A stretch of DNA of 44,990 bases, counting the filler, from Jimgerdemannia flammicorona (Eukaryota): the NCBI GenBank assembly GCA_003990765.1. It is 2 parts of 2 records of this genome, joined end to end, with 100 filler letters (N's around TTAATTAATTAA, not from the genome) between each part and the next. Parts side by side here need not be neighbours in the genome. Positions count along the whole stretch, not along the records: positions 22,547 to 44,990 come from RBNJ01001279.1; 1 more part is not named here. One strand, 5' to 3'. Within the stretch, counting starts at the first letter, position 1; each line of letters opens with the position of its first letter. Position numbers and translations under genes: made by a program. This document shows, piece after piece, positions 22,731 to 33,982 of the stretch. The notes beneath the pieces were generated by a model. It had not been told where the DNA came from. It searched no databases and saw only the letters and a list, made by a program, of their open reading frames with translations.

Positions 22731-25252
22731 ATATAAAGGTCTATCAAGAGTGAGCAAATGCCAAAGTATAAGTTCTGAAATGAGACTTATTCCAATTTAG
22801 AGAGTTATTAGAATATGTTAAAGATATCTTAATATAAAGACTATATGAGTTATATCAAGATATATATATGAATATATATATATATACTATAATTCTAATA
22901 AGTCAAATATATATATCAAAGTAATAACTTTCTCTAATAATAAGAAATAGAAGTAAGCTATGAATAAAGAGTATAATTTACTTATCAAGAATAGTATATA
23001 ATATCTAATACTCCTTCTGACTAATTGATAAGATATAGGATTATATTGAGTCTATTAAATTAAGTACAAAAATGATGAAACTATAGATTGATATAAAGCT
23101 TATTTTATTACTAAGAGTTATTTACAAGATTATAGTATTGACTATGATAAGATATTTTTACTGATTTTTAAGCTTACTTTGTTAAAAATACTTCTTATAA
23201 TTAGTATTATATATAATCTAGAAATCTATCAGATAGATATAAAGATAGCTTTTCTTAATAGTAATATAGATATAGAGCAATATTTTCCAGCTATAATAGT
23301 ATAAGCAGAATGATGATCTTATATATAAATTATATAAAGAATTATATAGTATCAAGTAAACAGTCTGTTTATAGAATAGAAAAAATAATTAATATCTCTT
23401 TAATAATAGCTTTATATATTATAAAGTAGATAACTATATACATATATATATATTCAATACTATACTAATAGAGTAGTATATAAAGATATATAAGTAATAA
23501 TATCATTATTATTTTAATAAAAAACAAACTTAATAGAGTTAAAGAAACTTTGTATAAGAAATTCAAGATAACTAATAAAGGTAATATGTCTTTTCTTTTA
23601 GAGATATTCATTATATATAATAGGAGTATATATAATATATATCTATTGCAGTTAACTTATATCTATACTATTTTTAAATAATTCAATATAAGTAAATATA
23701 AGCTAGTAAATATTTTTATAAAACTTTAATAAAGTTAAGAAAGTCTGATACTCTATTAGAGAAAAACTACAATAATATTTCTTATTGATAAGCAGTCAGT
23801 TTCCTCATATATCTCATACTAGAAATAAGGCTAGATATTTTATATATTATAAATAAAGTTATATAATACTCATTATACTATGATAATTTATATTAGAGTA
23901 CTGTTAAGAGAATTTTCAGATATATTAAAGAAATAATATACTATATACTCACTCTTGGAAGATTGAGTGAGAGTAATAGCTATAATAATAATAATAAGGA
24001 TAGTATTCAACTATTCAGCATATGTGATACTGATTGAGTTAAAGACTTAGATAATTGTCAATCTATAATTGATTACTTCTTTTAGTTAAATAATAAAGGA
24101 GTTATTTTATAACAAATATATAAGTAAAATTTAGTAGTAATACTATCATATAAGTAAAGTACTAAGTATTGTTTATAGTAATAAAAGTAGCTATTTAACT
24201 ATGCCAGCTATTAAAAAAAACTCAGAGTTAATCAAAAATGACCCTCTATACTCATCTATCAGAATAACCAGTCTATATTTACTATGGTAAAGAACTCTAT
24301 TTATTATTGGGTAGGGTTGGCAGATTACTGGTTGTTTGTTTTTGAGAAAGAGAGGAGCATAGAGTTAGGGGTGAGACTTTTGCAATAGTAGGGGCTAATG
24401 GAGGACATTGTAATGGGCTGGTGGCTTGGTTGGAGCTTACAGAGTAGCCAGCAATATTGCTTGGTAGAGAAAATCTGTAGGCAGAGTGGGGGGAGAGTTG
24501 AGGTAGTGGGTGGAAAAGTAGTCTTCAAATGTAAAAAGATGGGGGGGGGCTCCTCTATGGAGATTGGGTAGTGGGAGGTGACACTGTAACTAAATCTATA
24601 AACTGGTAATAAATGGTGAAGTCTGAGTAAATATAAAAAAAAAAAAAAACTCTATTTATTGTAGTAAAACTAAATACATTAATATATAATATTATTATAT
24701 AAAAGAATATATAAAGAATAAAACTATATGCTTAGAATATATCTTTATAGAGTATATAATTATAGATTTACTTACTAAAGTTCTTCTCAGACTAAAATTC
24801 AAATAATATACCAAAGAAATAAGTTTTATAGTAATAATGAATAATTATAGAATATTTATATAATTATAAAAGAAGTAGAAAAACAATATAATATATCTTT
24901 CTACATTTCTTTCTTCAAGTATTATATTATAGTTATTCACTTGTTCTTCTTTATTTTCTTTTATATTTAAAATTTTCTACTATTGAGATCTATTTATATC
25001 CTTTATTTTTACTATAATTTCTTAGTTACATTATATTCTTACTATTATCTCATTGAGCAAGAGTGTTGAAATTTCTATTATTTTGATATCTTAATAATAT
25101 AACTTATATATAACTCTTTTTATATCACTAAATGTATAAATATTTACTATCTGGAATAATAAATAATACTACTTCTCTCTTCTCTTTATACTATATTCTA
25201 ACTAAGATACAATATTATTAGTATTAATTATACTATTATTAAATCTTGAACA
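22731..25252 (+). mobile_element. Heavily eroded Ty1/copia pol (RT + RNase H) with 3' LTR 25064-25252
   Basis: AMNKEYNLLIKN, YKAYFITKSYLQDYSIDY, EIYQIDIKIAFLN, ICDTD*VKD, KN..|..SKTKYINI*YYYIKE; PPT ttgagcaagag then TGTTGAA...TTGAACA. Confidence 0.88.
24306..24647 (+). mobile_element. 5'-truncated LINE (3' ~340 bp), related to 15505-21385
   Basis: Homologous to about 21025-21385, with AATAAA and poly(A); perfect 13-bp TSD aactctatttatt at 24293-24305 and 24648-24660. Confidence 0.9.
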
Positions 25253-25601
25253 CTTTATAACTATTTATAAAATTTATTATAAAGAAGAACAATAAGTAGT
25301 ATATTAACTATAGTTGACTTTATTTATTTTAACTTTAATTAAATAACTTATAAATATAATATTTATTTTTTGAATATATATATAATTTACAGATTCTACT
25401 ACTAGTTTAAAATCTATACAACAAGTATTTAATAATATAGTATCTTATAGTATTATATTATACTAAAGATATATATATAATAAATTTAATAAAAAACAAT
25501 TAATTCTCAATATATTGATACTTTATATTTATTTATAAAGAAGCTAATTAATAGAATTATTATTAGATTTCTACTTATATTTTTAAAAATAAGAATAGAG
25601 A

Positions 25602-25756
25602 TATTGGGATAGCAATTCAATATATAAATATATGACTTTATACTACATACTATTTCATCAGTTTTATATCTTCATTAGTAATGCATAAAATATGAGATAT
25701 ATATATTTTGAATAAATCACTTCTTTTGTTTATTATAATAGGTTATGTATGAGCCC
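25602..25756 (+). mobile_element. Copia short 5' LTR + PBS
   Basis: Third copy of the ~130-bp LTR, followed by ataggttatg(tatg)agccc, resembling the GGTTATGRGCCC PBS of copia-type elements. Confidence 0.65.
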
Positions 25757-27217
25757 TGGTTAGTAGCTAGAACTTCTTTAGTTTATATATTATACTGATG
25801 AATACAGGTATGAGCTAGAGTACTAAGATGGACATCTCTACAATAGCTCACCAGTAATAGAAAATATAATAACAAAGTTCTTTCTGGTGGTAGAAAGTAA
25901 TTATAATAAAGGTATCTACCTAGATATTCAAAACAATTATACATCCTCACCAACCGCAGGTAAAGTTCTTCTTGATATTGAGGTAATCATGAAGTTCTCA
26001 CAGATAATAGACAAAATTCTCCCTAGTATTGAGGTAATTATGAAACTCTCCCATATGGTCAAGGTAATTATGATAATAAGGAACCAGCTGATGAGGCCAA
26101 CAAAGCTAGTATCTAGATACTACTTTTATTCTTTTTCAATAGATTGAAGCAAAATATCATGCAACAAGCAAAATAACGTTGATTAGCTCCCTTCACCATT
26201 TCAAAACAGATTATATTACTGGTAAAATTGCAAGGAATAAACAACCTTCCTGAATATGATCATAAGGCCACCCACTTACCTAATATATTTAACTGAATCT
26301 CTCTCTTCACTATGAATGACAATTTAAGCTTGTTCTGTTGGATGTGTGGAGAAAAAACAAATTATTATCAGTACAGTCCCAATTCAGCAATAAAACATTG
26401 TATCTTACATCTGTTCACTATTCACATATAAAGAATTATCATATATAGGATTTGCATTGAAATAAGAAATAAGTAGAAATAAGACATGACTATGATACCT
26501 TGAGCTCTTTAACTGTTTCTAACAGTCTTGTTGTCCTCCTTAGTGATGCTTTTATTTGCATGCTAAAAATCAACCAATTATAACAGATCTATATCATATA
26601 AATGAAACTCAATCTTGTCTCTCACATTGGCCACCAACCTACAAATCCAACCTCAACAATGACCCCTTCCCCCCCCCCTCTTCTCACTTATACTCACTCA
26701 CCCCACATTTCCTTATACTTGAATGACCCTCTCTCTTCAACTCATATCTTTTCTTAGTCTGATGGCTTGCTATGCTGCTCAATTAGGAAATAGAAGGTAG
26801 AGAGCTCAGCATGTAGAGACATGAACTCCTCAGGGTTCATCAAGACTGAGGACTCATTAACTGTAAACTCTATATTAGACAGATATTTCACAATAGCATT
26901 TGAATCTTTTACTTATCATTCTACATTATACCCTATCAAATACAGATAGGAGATAGATATTATAACAGTGATCTCAGAATAATAATATCAGTATAGGAGA
27001 CAGCCTTTCCTTATAAGCCACCAGATCAGAGTATAGAAAGATTATATAGTATATGTAACTCATCTAGGCTATAAGATGAGTAATAATGACTAACTATGAG
27101 TTATTGTGACCACAAGACAGATATCTTGAGGAATATAAAAGAAGAATCAAGAAACTACAATAGCAGCAATCTAAACAAAGCTCACAGAAATAGTTCTAAA
27201 GACTTACTATAAACAAA

Positions 27218-28031
27218 ATACCTACTGCTTACCAAACCTCAAGATCCAGAAATTACTAAGGCCTCTCAGTCTAGGAAAGGATATTCCAAGACATCAGAAG
27301 AGTTATGAGGACCCACACAAGAAGGACTCCTAGTATCAATCTGAGTACTAGTGACCTCTAGTATTATATCCTTTACTGCCATGAAATGGAAATCAGGATC
27401 ACTATCACTACTGAATATCTTTGGATATAGTAGGAGTATGAAATAGGAAACCTTCTATGCTGGGAATAATCTCAGGCCAGTCACCAGAAAATACAAGATA
27501 CCACCCCTATAGATATATGAGAAATAAGGATAACTAAGAAGATTCATCAGGTCTTCAGACATACATTATAATTAATCTCCAACTTGGAGTATACTAGGAT
27601 CTCAGACTTCAAGGAACTGTCAGCCTGCCATACCAATGCAATAGAGGCCATAGTAGTCACAGAAGCTCAGTCTACTATTACCCTCAATAGTGATAAGGTA
27701 AGAGAGTTCTGGAATCTCATTCTTGAGGAGAATCCTGATCAATTTCTGCAACAATTGATCTCAGCATTCCAAGGCCCCAGTATCTGAGTTAGACCTCCCC
27801 AAGATCCCACATTTGTTCCTTATTTTGTAGAAGAGAATGTCATAGATTGGAGAGCCCTAGACTGCCACCAAACATGATGACATCATCACTGATGATATCA
27901 TCCTGCATGACATATATGAAGCATACAAAATGTGTAATATATATGATGAGATGAATGAAATATTTGTGGATCTCATCTTCTTCAGCAGTGATGAGGATGA
28001 AGCTCCTATAGCCCTGAACATTCTGCTTTAA
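27218..28031 (+). pseudogene. Gypsy family 1 accessory 'ORF3' of unknown function (~270 codons, eroded)
   Basis: One frame from a decayed start (ata) at 27218 to about 27862, one frameshift, stop at 28031; TATAAAA at 27134; aligns end to end with 40658-40917 joined to the minus strand of 30088-29537. Confidence 0.75.
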
Positions 28032-28533
28032 GTTCTTGATAACACCAGATTCTACCAGTATCCTTTTCCTGTATAACTGTTATTCTTCTGGCATTCTGAT
28101 CTTGTGTAACTCAGAATTCTTCTGGTATCCTTTTCTGTATCACCAAAATTCTACTAGCATCCTAAACTTATGCAACTATTTGTACAGACACTTGAACTTA
28201 TACTTACAACTGTAGTTTTCTGTGTTCTAGTATTTTATTTAGTTTTTGGAATTTATATTTAGCTTTATAACTTACTACTATTGAATTATATTTTGTATAA
28301 ATACCTCTTTTATTTAATTTGAAATAAAGTCAATCAAGTTCACTTACTCTCAATTCTATACAAGCAATCTAAGAGATAGCAAGACAGTTTAAAGATAAGA
28401 AATTTGAGGACTATAAGGCCTTAAGAAGGTACTCTAATAAGAACTTGCTTATAAAAAACTTGTAGTTAGTCTAAGAGATATACCTTGGAGAGAATCTGAT
28501 ATATTTGAAGGACTCAGCGACTACAATATGACA
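27838..28533 (+). mobile_element. Gypsy family 1 LTR (696 bp)
   Basis: Perfect 7-bp terminal inverted repeat TGTCATA...TATGACA; purine tract agaagagaa immediately 5'; tgtataaatacc and AATAAA inside; PBS-like act-TGGTGCCC immediately 3'. Confidence 0.8.
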
Positions 28534-28536
28534 ACT

Positions 28537-28744
28537 TGGTGCCCATTGGCTAGTGTTTCAAGATGAATCCCTCACTTTTAAGCTAAAAAATGAACAACTA
28601 CCACAACAGCTACCCTGACTACAAGAGTTACCCCTGCAAAAATTCAAGATAAAATGAAAATGCATCCCCCTACATTCTATAGATATACTACTGAAGAGTC
28701 AATCCTGACCTTTATTGAAGACTTTGAATAATTCACTGCTATAT
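28537..28744 (+). mobile_element. Family 1 PBS and gag N-terminus
   Basis: KMHPPTFYRYTTEESILTFIEDFE*FTAI; joins in frame, through the TSD, to the gag that reads leftwards from 33218. Confidence 0.75.
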
Positions 28745-29508
28745 TGTAATAACTCTCACTTCTTCTCCTCTCTTATCCTTTGGATAATTAGAGAAGTAAG
28801 ACTATTACTTAGGGACTTAGTACACAATGTGTACCAAGAAGCCTTCAGTTTGAGGAAGTGCTCACTTAAAAGTAGTTGTAGTAACAGTGTCTCATCTTTC
28901 AAAGGTCTTTTTCTTTTGTCCTATCTTTCAAGAGTCTTGTTCCTTACTGTACACAGACCGAATTTGCCTTGGAATTCAGGTTCAATGGATTTACTTAAGT
29001 CTTTGGGGATTTATATACCAGTCTCAGTTCTGGCAGAAGTTAGCTTGGCTTCTGGAGTTTAGTCAGAAACACTAGAGTCACTTAGATGTTATTATTAAGA
29101 CTCAGGGAAATGTGTATGTGTGGAGGGAACTGATTCTTGTATCAAGGACTAAACTAAAACTACTTTATTTTGGATGGAAACTGGGGGGTATTTATACAAG
29201 TTGGTCTACGAATTCTGACTAAGTATGAGTGACTAATTTGGTAACTATAATGAGCAACCTTTCTTAGGTGGTTTTTGGCAAAAACAACTTTATAATCAGG
29301 ACCTCAATTACTAGACAACGATTAGCTGCTATGGTAATAGTTTCTGTGGTGCCAATTGTCAGGAATAAACTAGATATCATTTTTTTGTATTGTTTTCTAC
29401 ATCATTTATTCATTTGTCATTCTTATGTCATGCTTGATCATATGATGATCTCATTGCTGGGTCATGTGATTACTCATCACATCTTGTCTGTTCATTCATT
29501 CTATTACA
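28745..29508 (-). mobile_element. Gypsy family 2 3' LTR (764 bp)
   Basis: TGTAATA...TATTACA termini; inverted near-copy of 33219-33982 with the same length; PPT aaggagagaag precedes it on the minus strand. Confidence 0.93.
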
Positions 29509-29536
29509 TGCTTCTCTCCTTAGAAATCAATATCCT

Positions 29537-30088
29537 CATTGATTCAGAAATTGAGAACCAGGGGAGAGAAAGGTAGAGAGTCTTCCTTAGTATTGTTGCC
29601 CTTTTCTTCAGTAGCAGGGGGGTGGTTGCTGATGGCTCGCTGTCCAGGATGGAGAAGTCAATGAGATCTACAAATAGTTCTTACATTGGGATGGGTGCTG
29701 GTATAGGGGTTCTCCATCTGATGCAGTTGGGACCATCCAAGTAGGGTTCTTGATTCTCATGCCTGGGGATATCTATTTGGATAGGTAGTCCTTTGAAGAG
29801 GTCAGAGAGATCTTGGCGCCATTGGTCTGAGTTGTCATTCAGGAGAGAGCTCTAGTGGGGTTCACAGTCAGTAGACTTGAGAGTAATCCAGAAGTTGGCT
29901 TCTTGGGCAATCTTAATCTCTAGCTCATCAACCTCAGAGAAAGAGAGATTCTGGGAATCCTTCAGTTGTATATAGTTGAGGTTGGGGATTACAAAGAGTA
30001 TATAGTGCATAATTTGATGGACCTTCTTGGCAAGTCTTTGCTCATGTCTGTCCAGGTGGATCCAGTCTGAGACCTGGTCAATGGGACT
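29537..30088 (-). pseudogene. Family 2 ORF3, C-terminal part
   Basis: SPIDQVSDWIHLDRHEQRLAKKVHQ...NLNY...EANFWITLKS...NSDQWRQDL...PY...NCIRWR...ELFVDLIDFS; homologous to 27490-28000. Confidence 0.75.
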
Positions 30089-33000
30089 GAAGATGATCAT
30101 ATCATTGATATAGACAAAGAGCCATTCTCCAATCTCATTACTGAAGACTCTGTTCATTATTTACTGAAAACATACTAGGGTATTGCACATTCCTAATGGT
30201 ATTTACAGATAGACATAGGTAGAATCAGATATAATAAAGGCTGATTTCTCACTGGCCTCTTGAGTGAGACCAATCTGATGGAAGCCTGAGAACAGATCCA
30301 AGGTGGTATAGTATTTGGCTACACTTTTAAGGGTGGTAAGGATTTCTTGAATATTTGGCAAGAGCTGTATATCCTTCTTAGTAATTGTATTGAGCTTTCT
30401 GTAATCAATACAGAGTCTTGGAGCAAACTCTCCAGGCTTACTTTCTTTCTTTAGAGCTAGGACAATGAGTGAAGCCCAGGGGCTGAAATCTTACTTGATG
30501 ATTCCAGCTTCTTCCATTTCCTTGAGTTCTGCTTGCAGCTATTCTCTGTAGGCAGGTGGTATAGGTCTGACTTTCTGGTAGATAGGCTTGGTATCACTAG
30601 TGTCAACTTCATGATAGTACTTGGGTTTTTGATTATAGATATCCCTGAAGACTGTGGTAAGTACTCCTTCATTCTGGTACAAGATCTTGAGAAGTTGATC
30701 TTCTAGGGAAAAGTTTTCTCTAATAATATATATATGCTTATTCTGGTCCTTATCTTTCTTATACTCAAGTTCAGTAATCTTGGTGGCAGCATAGGCTCCT
30801 CTTCCAGTAGATCTAAAGTCTTGTTCTTCTCTCTTAGTCTTGATGAGTTTGATGGCTTCAGTGATCTTAGGCTTCTTGACTTCATGGATCAGCATTTGGT
30901 CAATTCTGTCATGCATCTTGACTTTGAATAGGGTGGTGTGGTTGTAATTCCTGATTATGAGAAAGATCTCACCAGTATAATCAGGGTCTATTACTCCTCC
31001 TTCAACTGAGATTTCACTTTTGGCCAGACTGCTCCTGGTCTTGATAATTCTGGCATAGTTCTCTGGTAACTTGACTCCAATTCCAGTACCAAGTAGAGTA
31101 GTGATCTGGGGTTCGAGGATAGTATCTTGAAAACTAACAAGATTCATTCCTATGGCTCCTTCAGTCTTGTATTCTGAGATCTTGGCTTTGGGGTAAAACT
31201 TCTTGACCTTGAGATTGATGTCTGATTCTTGTTCCTCCTCATCATCACTGTTAGCTTGAAGCTCTGGGGGCTGGTCATCTTCTTCAGCTTTTCTTTTTGC
31301 TTCAGCAGCTTCTTACTCATATTTTTATTAGTGGATTTTCCTGACTTTACTAATATAGGACCAGTAGTCATTCAGGTGTTTGGAGCAGTACATCCTAGTA
31401 CTATGGAGATATCTTCCTTGAGGAATATAGCCATTGATGATCTTGTTGTACTACTGCTCATCTGTGAGCTTAGGTGTCTTGCTCTTGTTCTTGTACACCA
31501 AGTGTATGAAGACTTCTGTGTCTTCTTCATCTCCTTTCTCTATGTCTGGTAGCACTCATTTGTGGACATTAATAGAGACTCATACATTTCTTCCTCTATA
31601 GTTGATCTATATCTCTTGGGCATTGAGGTCAATAATAGCTTTTGCCTCATAAAGTCATTAGTTGCCAATAAGAATATCATAGTTGGTGGCACTTATAACA
31701 ATCACATCTACTGGGATAGTAGCTCCTCCAATCTTAATGGAGACTTCTCAGATCTTGCCTAGGGGGGTAGCTTATGTATCATCTACTGTGATATAGACTA
31801 TTTTGGTAGACTCTTCAATACCCCAGTCTAGATGGTCAATTATCTTCTTGCTTATGAGATATCCTCCAGCACTGGTATCAATGATGGTATTAAAGATATA
31901 ATCTTCAATCTGATATAGAGTAGAGACTGATGTCTTGTGTTAGTCTTCAGATTCTTCACCTAAGTCTTCAGATTATCCTTGTACATTGTGAGCTTCTACA
32001 ATCTTGTACTCTTGATTCTTGGCAGTAGTTACAAGTTCTACTCTCAACTACTGTCTGAAGGCTGGGACTTTGGCTAGTTGTCCAAAAGAAGCATTGACCT
32101 TCTGTTCCTTGAGGTCCTTGTAGATATCATACTGGTGGATCTTGGTCTTGTTTAGCTTCTGTTCTTTCTTGCTTTTACTTTCACCTGAGACTGGAGTAGT
32201 GCCTTCAATAATTTGGTGTGCAGCTTCATCTAACTCTATATCTTGATCAATTTCATCAGGTTGGGTCTTGCTTTAGATAGTGATAGCTGGGGTCTTCTTT
32301 AGTCTTCCAACTGGCTTGCTGTTGTTCTTCTTATTATAAGGCTTGGACCAGGTTCTATTACCTTTAGTAACAGAGTAGAATTTAGACTTCTCTTAGTATT
32401 CTTCATCATCAGTATCACCAATCTTCTCAATGACTACTGCATTAGTTTGTTCTCTAGTTCTGGTAGCATTGCTTGGGTGGGCTTTGTATCTTGTTTTGGT
32501 CATGCAACTCTTTATATAGTGGCCTTCTTCTAAATATCTAAAGCATATGATATTGTGTTCTTCTATAGCATCTGCAAATCTCTGTACTGGTCTCCTATTG
32601 GCACTTGAGTTCTCTAACAATATCACTAAGATATATAGTTATCTCAGTAAACTGCTTGGCAAGTTCCTCCACTGGGTCAGCTTTGGCTATCTTGGGGGTA
32701 GGTGGAGATAGTTGTCTGTTTACAACTATGGCAGGTATGATACTGATTGGCTTTGATAGCTCTATCTTAATGCCAGTTATTTTCTCCATTGAGTATTCAG
32801 CAGGATGTCTGGCAGTCCAAATCTCTGTACAAAGACCACTTTCTGATCGAGGTTCAGAGCAGCTAGAGTAGATAAGATTGCTATGGCAATTTCAGGGTGA
32901 ACTCCTTTCAGGAAGGTTGAATCTGCTATTTGGTCCTTGAGGGCATCATTATAGCCAGCCAAGATAATCTGATAGTAGATTCAAGTATAGAATGAGTTGG

Positions 33001-33218
33001 GATCTTCACTAAGTCTCTGGCAGATAGTGTTGAGTTGATCCTTCAGAGCTTGTTTGATCTCTTTGATATAGTATGTAGTTCTGAGGAAGGTCTCCATATT
33101 GCCAAGTTTGGCTGCACTAGCATCAGCAATAGTGGCTGCATTGAACTTGTCTCTGGCAGATCCTCTGAGACTGACTGATAGAAGGGCCAATTGTACATCT
33201 ATACTAAGAGCTCATATG
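30084..33218 (-). mobile_element. Gypsy family 1 (copy B): gag (Zn knuckle) - protease - domain X - dUTPase - RT truncated just after the YxDD box
   Basis: LLSVSLRGSARDKF; CFRYLEEGHYIKSC; IIDTSAGG; GGVIDPDYTGEI; LCIDYRKLN, TTLDLFSGFHQI, MPLGMCN, VYINDMIIFS. Confidence 0.92.
30785..31215 (-). pseudogene. dut: Trimeric dUTPase domain in family 1 pol (between PR and RT)
   Basis: All five motifs recognisable: AIGMNL, RSSLA, GGVIDPDYTGEI, DRIDQ, REEQDFRSTG. Confidence 0.9.
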
Positions 33219-33982
33219 TATAATAGAATGAATGAACAGATAAGATATGACAAGCAATCACATGATCTGGCAATGATGTTATCATATGATGAAGTGTGAC
33301 ATAAGAATGACAAATGAACAAATGATATAAAAAATGATGTGAAAAAATGATATCCAGTTTATTTCTGACAATCAGTACCACAGCAACTATTATCACAGCA
33401 GCTGATCATTGCCTAATAATTGAGGTCCTGATCACAAAGTTGTTTTTGCCAAAAACCACCTGATAAAGGTCTCATTATAGTTACCAAATTAGTCACTCAT
33501 ACTTAGTTAGAAATCATAGACCAACTTGTATAAATACTCCCTAGTTTCCATCCAAAATAAAGCTGTTTAGTTTGGTCCTTAATACAAGAATCAAGTCTCC
33601 TCTACACACACACACATTCTCCTGAGTCTTAGTAATGACATCTAAGTGACTCTAGTGTTTCTGACTAAACTCCAGAAGCCTAGATAACTTCTGCCAGAAC
33701 TGAGACTGGTATATAAATCCCCAAAGACTTAAGTAAACCCATTGAACCTAAATTCCAAGGTGAATTCATTCTGTGCACAGCAAGGAACAAGACCCTTGAA
33801 AGATAGGACAAAAGAAAAAGACCTTTGAAAGATAAGACACTACCACTATAACTACTTTTAAGTGAGTGCTTCCTCAAACTGAAGGCTTCTTAGTACACAT
33901 TGTATACTAAGTCTCTAAGTAATAGTCTAACTTCTCTAATTATCCAAAGGATAAGAGAGGGGTAGAAGTGAGAGTTATTATA
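33219..33982 (+). mobile_element. Gypsy family 2 5' LTR (764 bp) followed by PBS
   Basis: Eroded termini tataata...tattata; followed by act-TGGTTGTAGTGG. Confidence 0.92.

Noticed and set aside
25887..26147. 86-aa ORF with internal IEVIMK repeats
   Set aside because: Short degenerate repeats in CpG-depleted DNA; no assignable product.
27218..28031. ORF3 as an envelope glycoprotein
   Set aside because: No evident signal peptide, transmembrane helix or furin site in the readable sequence.
29852..30157. 101-aa ORF as a genuine RT variant
   Set aside because: In-frame chimera across the inversion breakpoint (RT + ORF3).
28745..33982. Inverted 764-bp repeats as TIRs of a DNA transposon or DIRS element
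   Set aside because: They are gypsy LTRs with PPT and PBS; their orientation is explained by the 30084-40917 inversion; no transposase or tyrosine recombinase seen.
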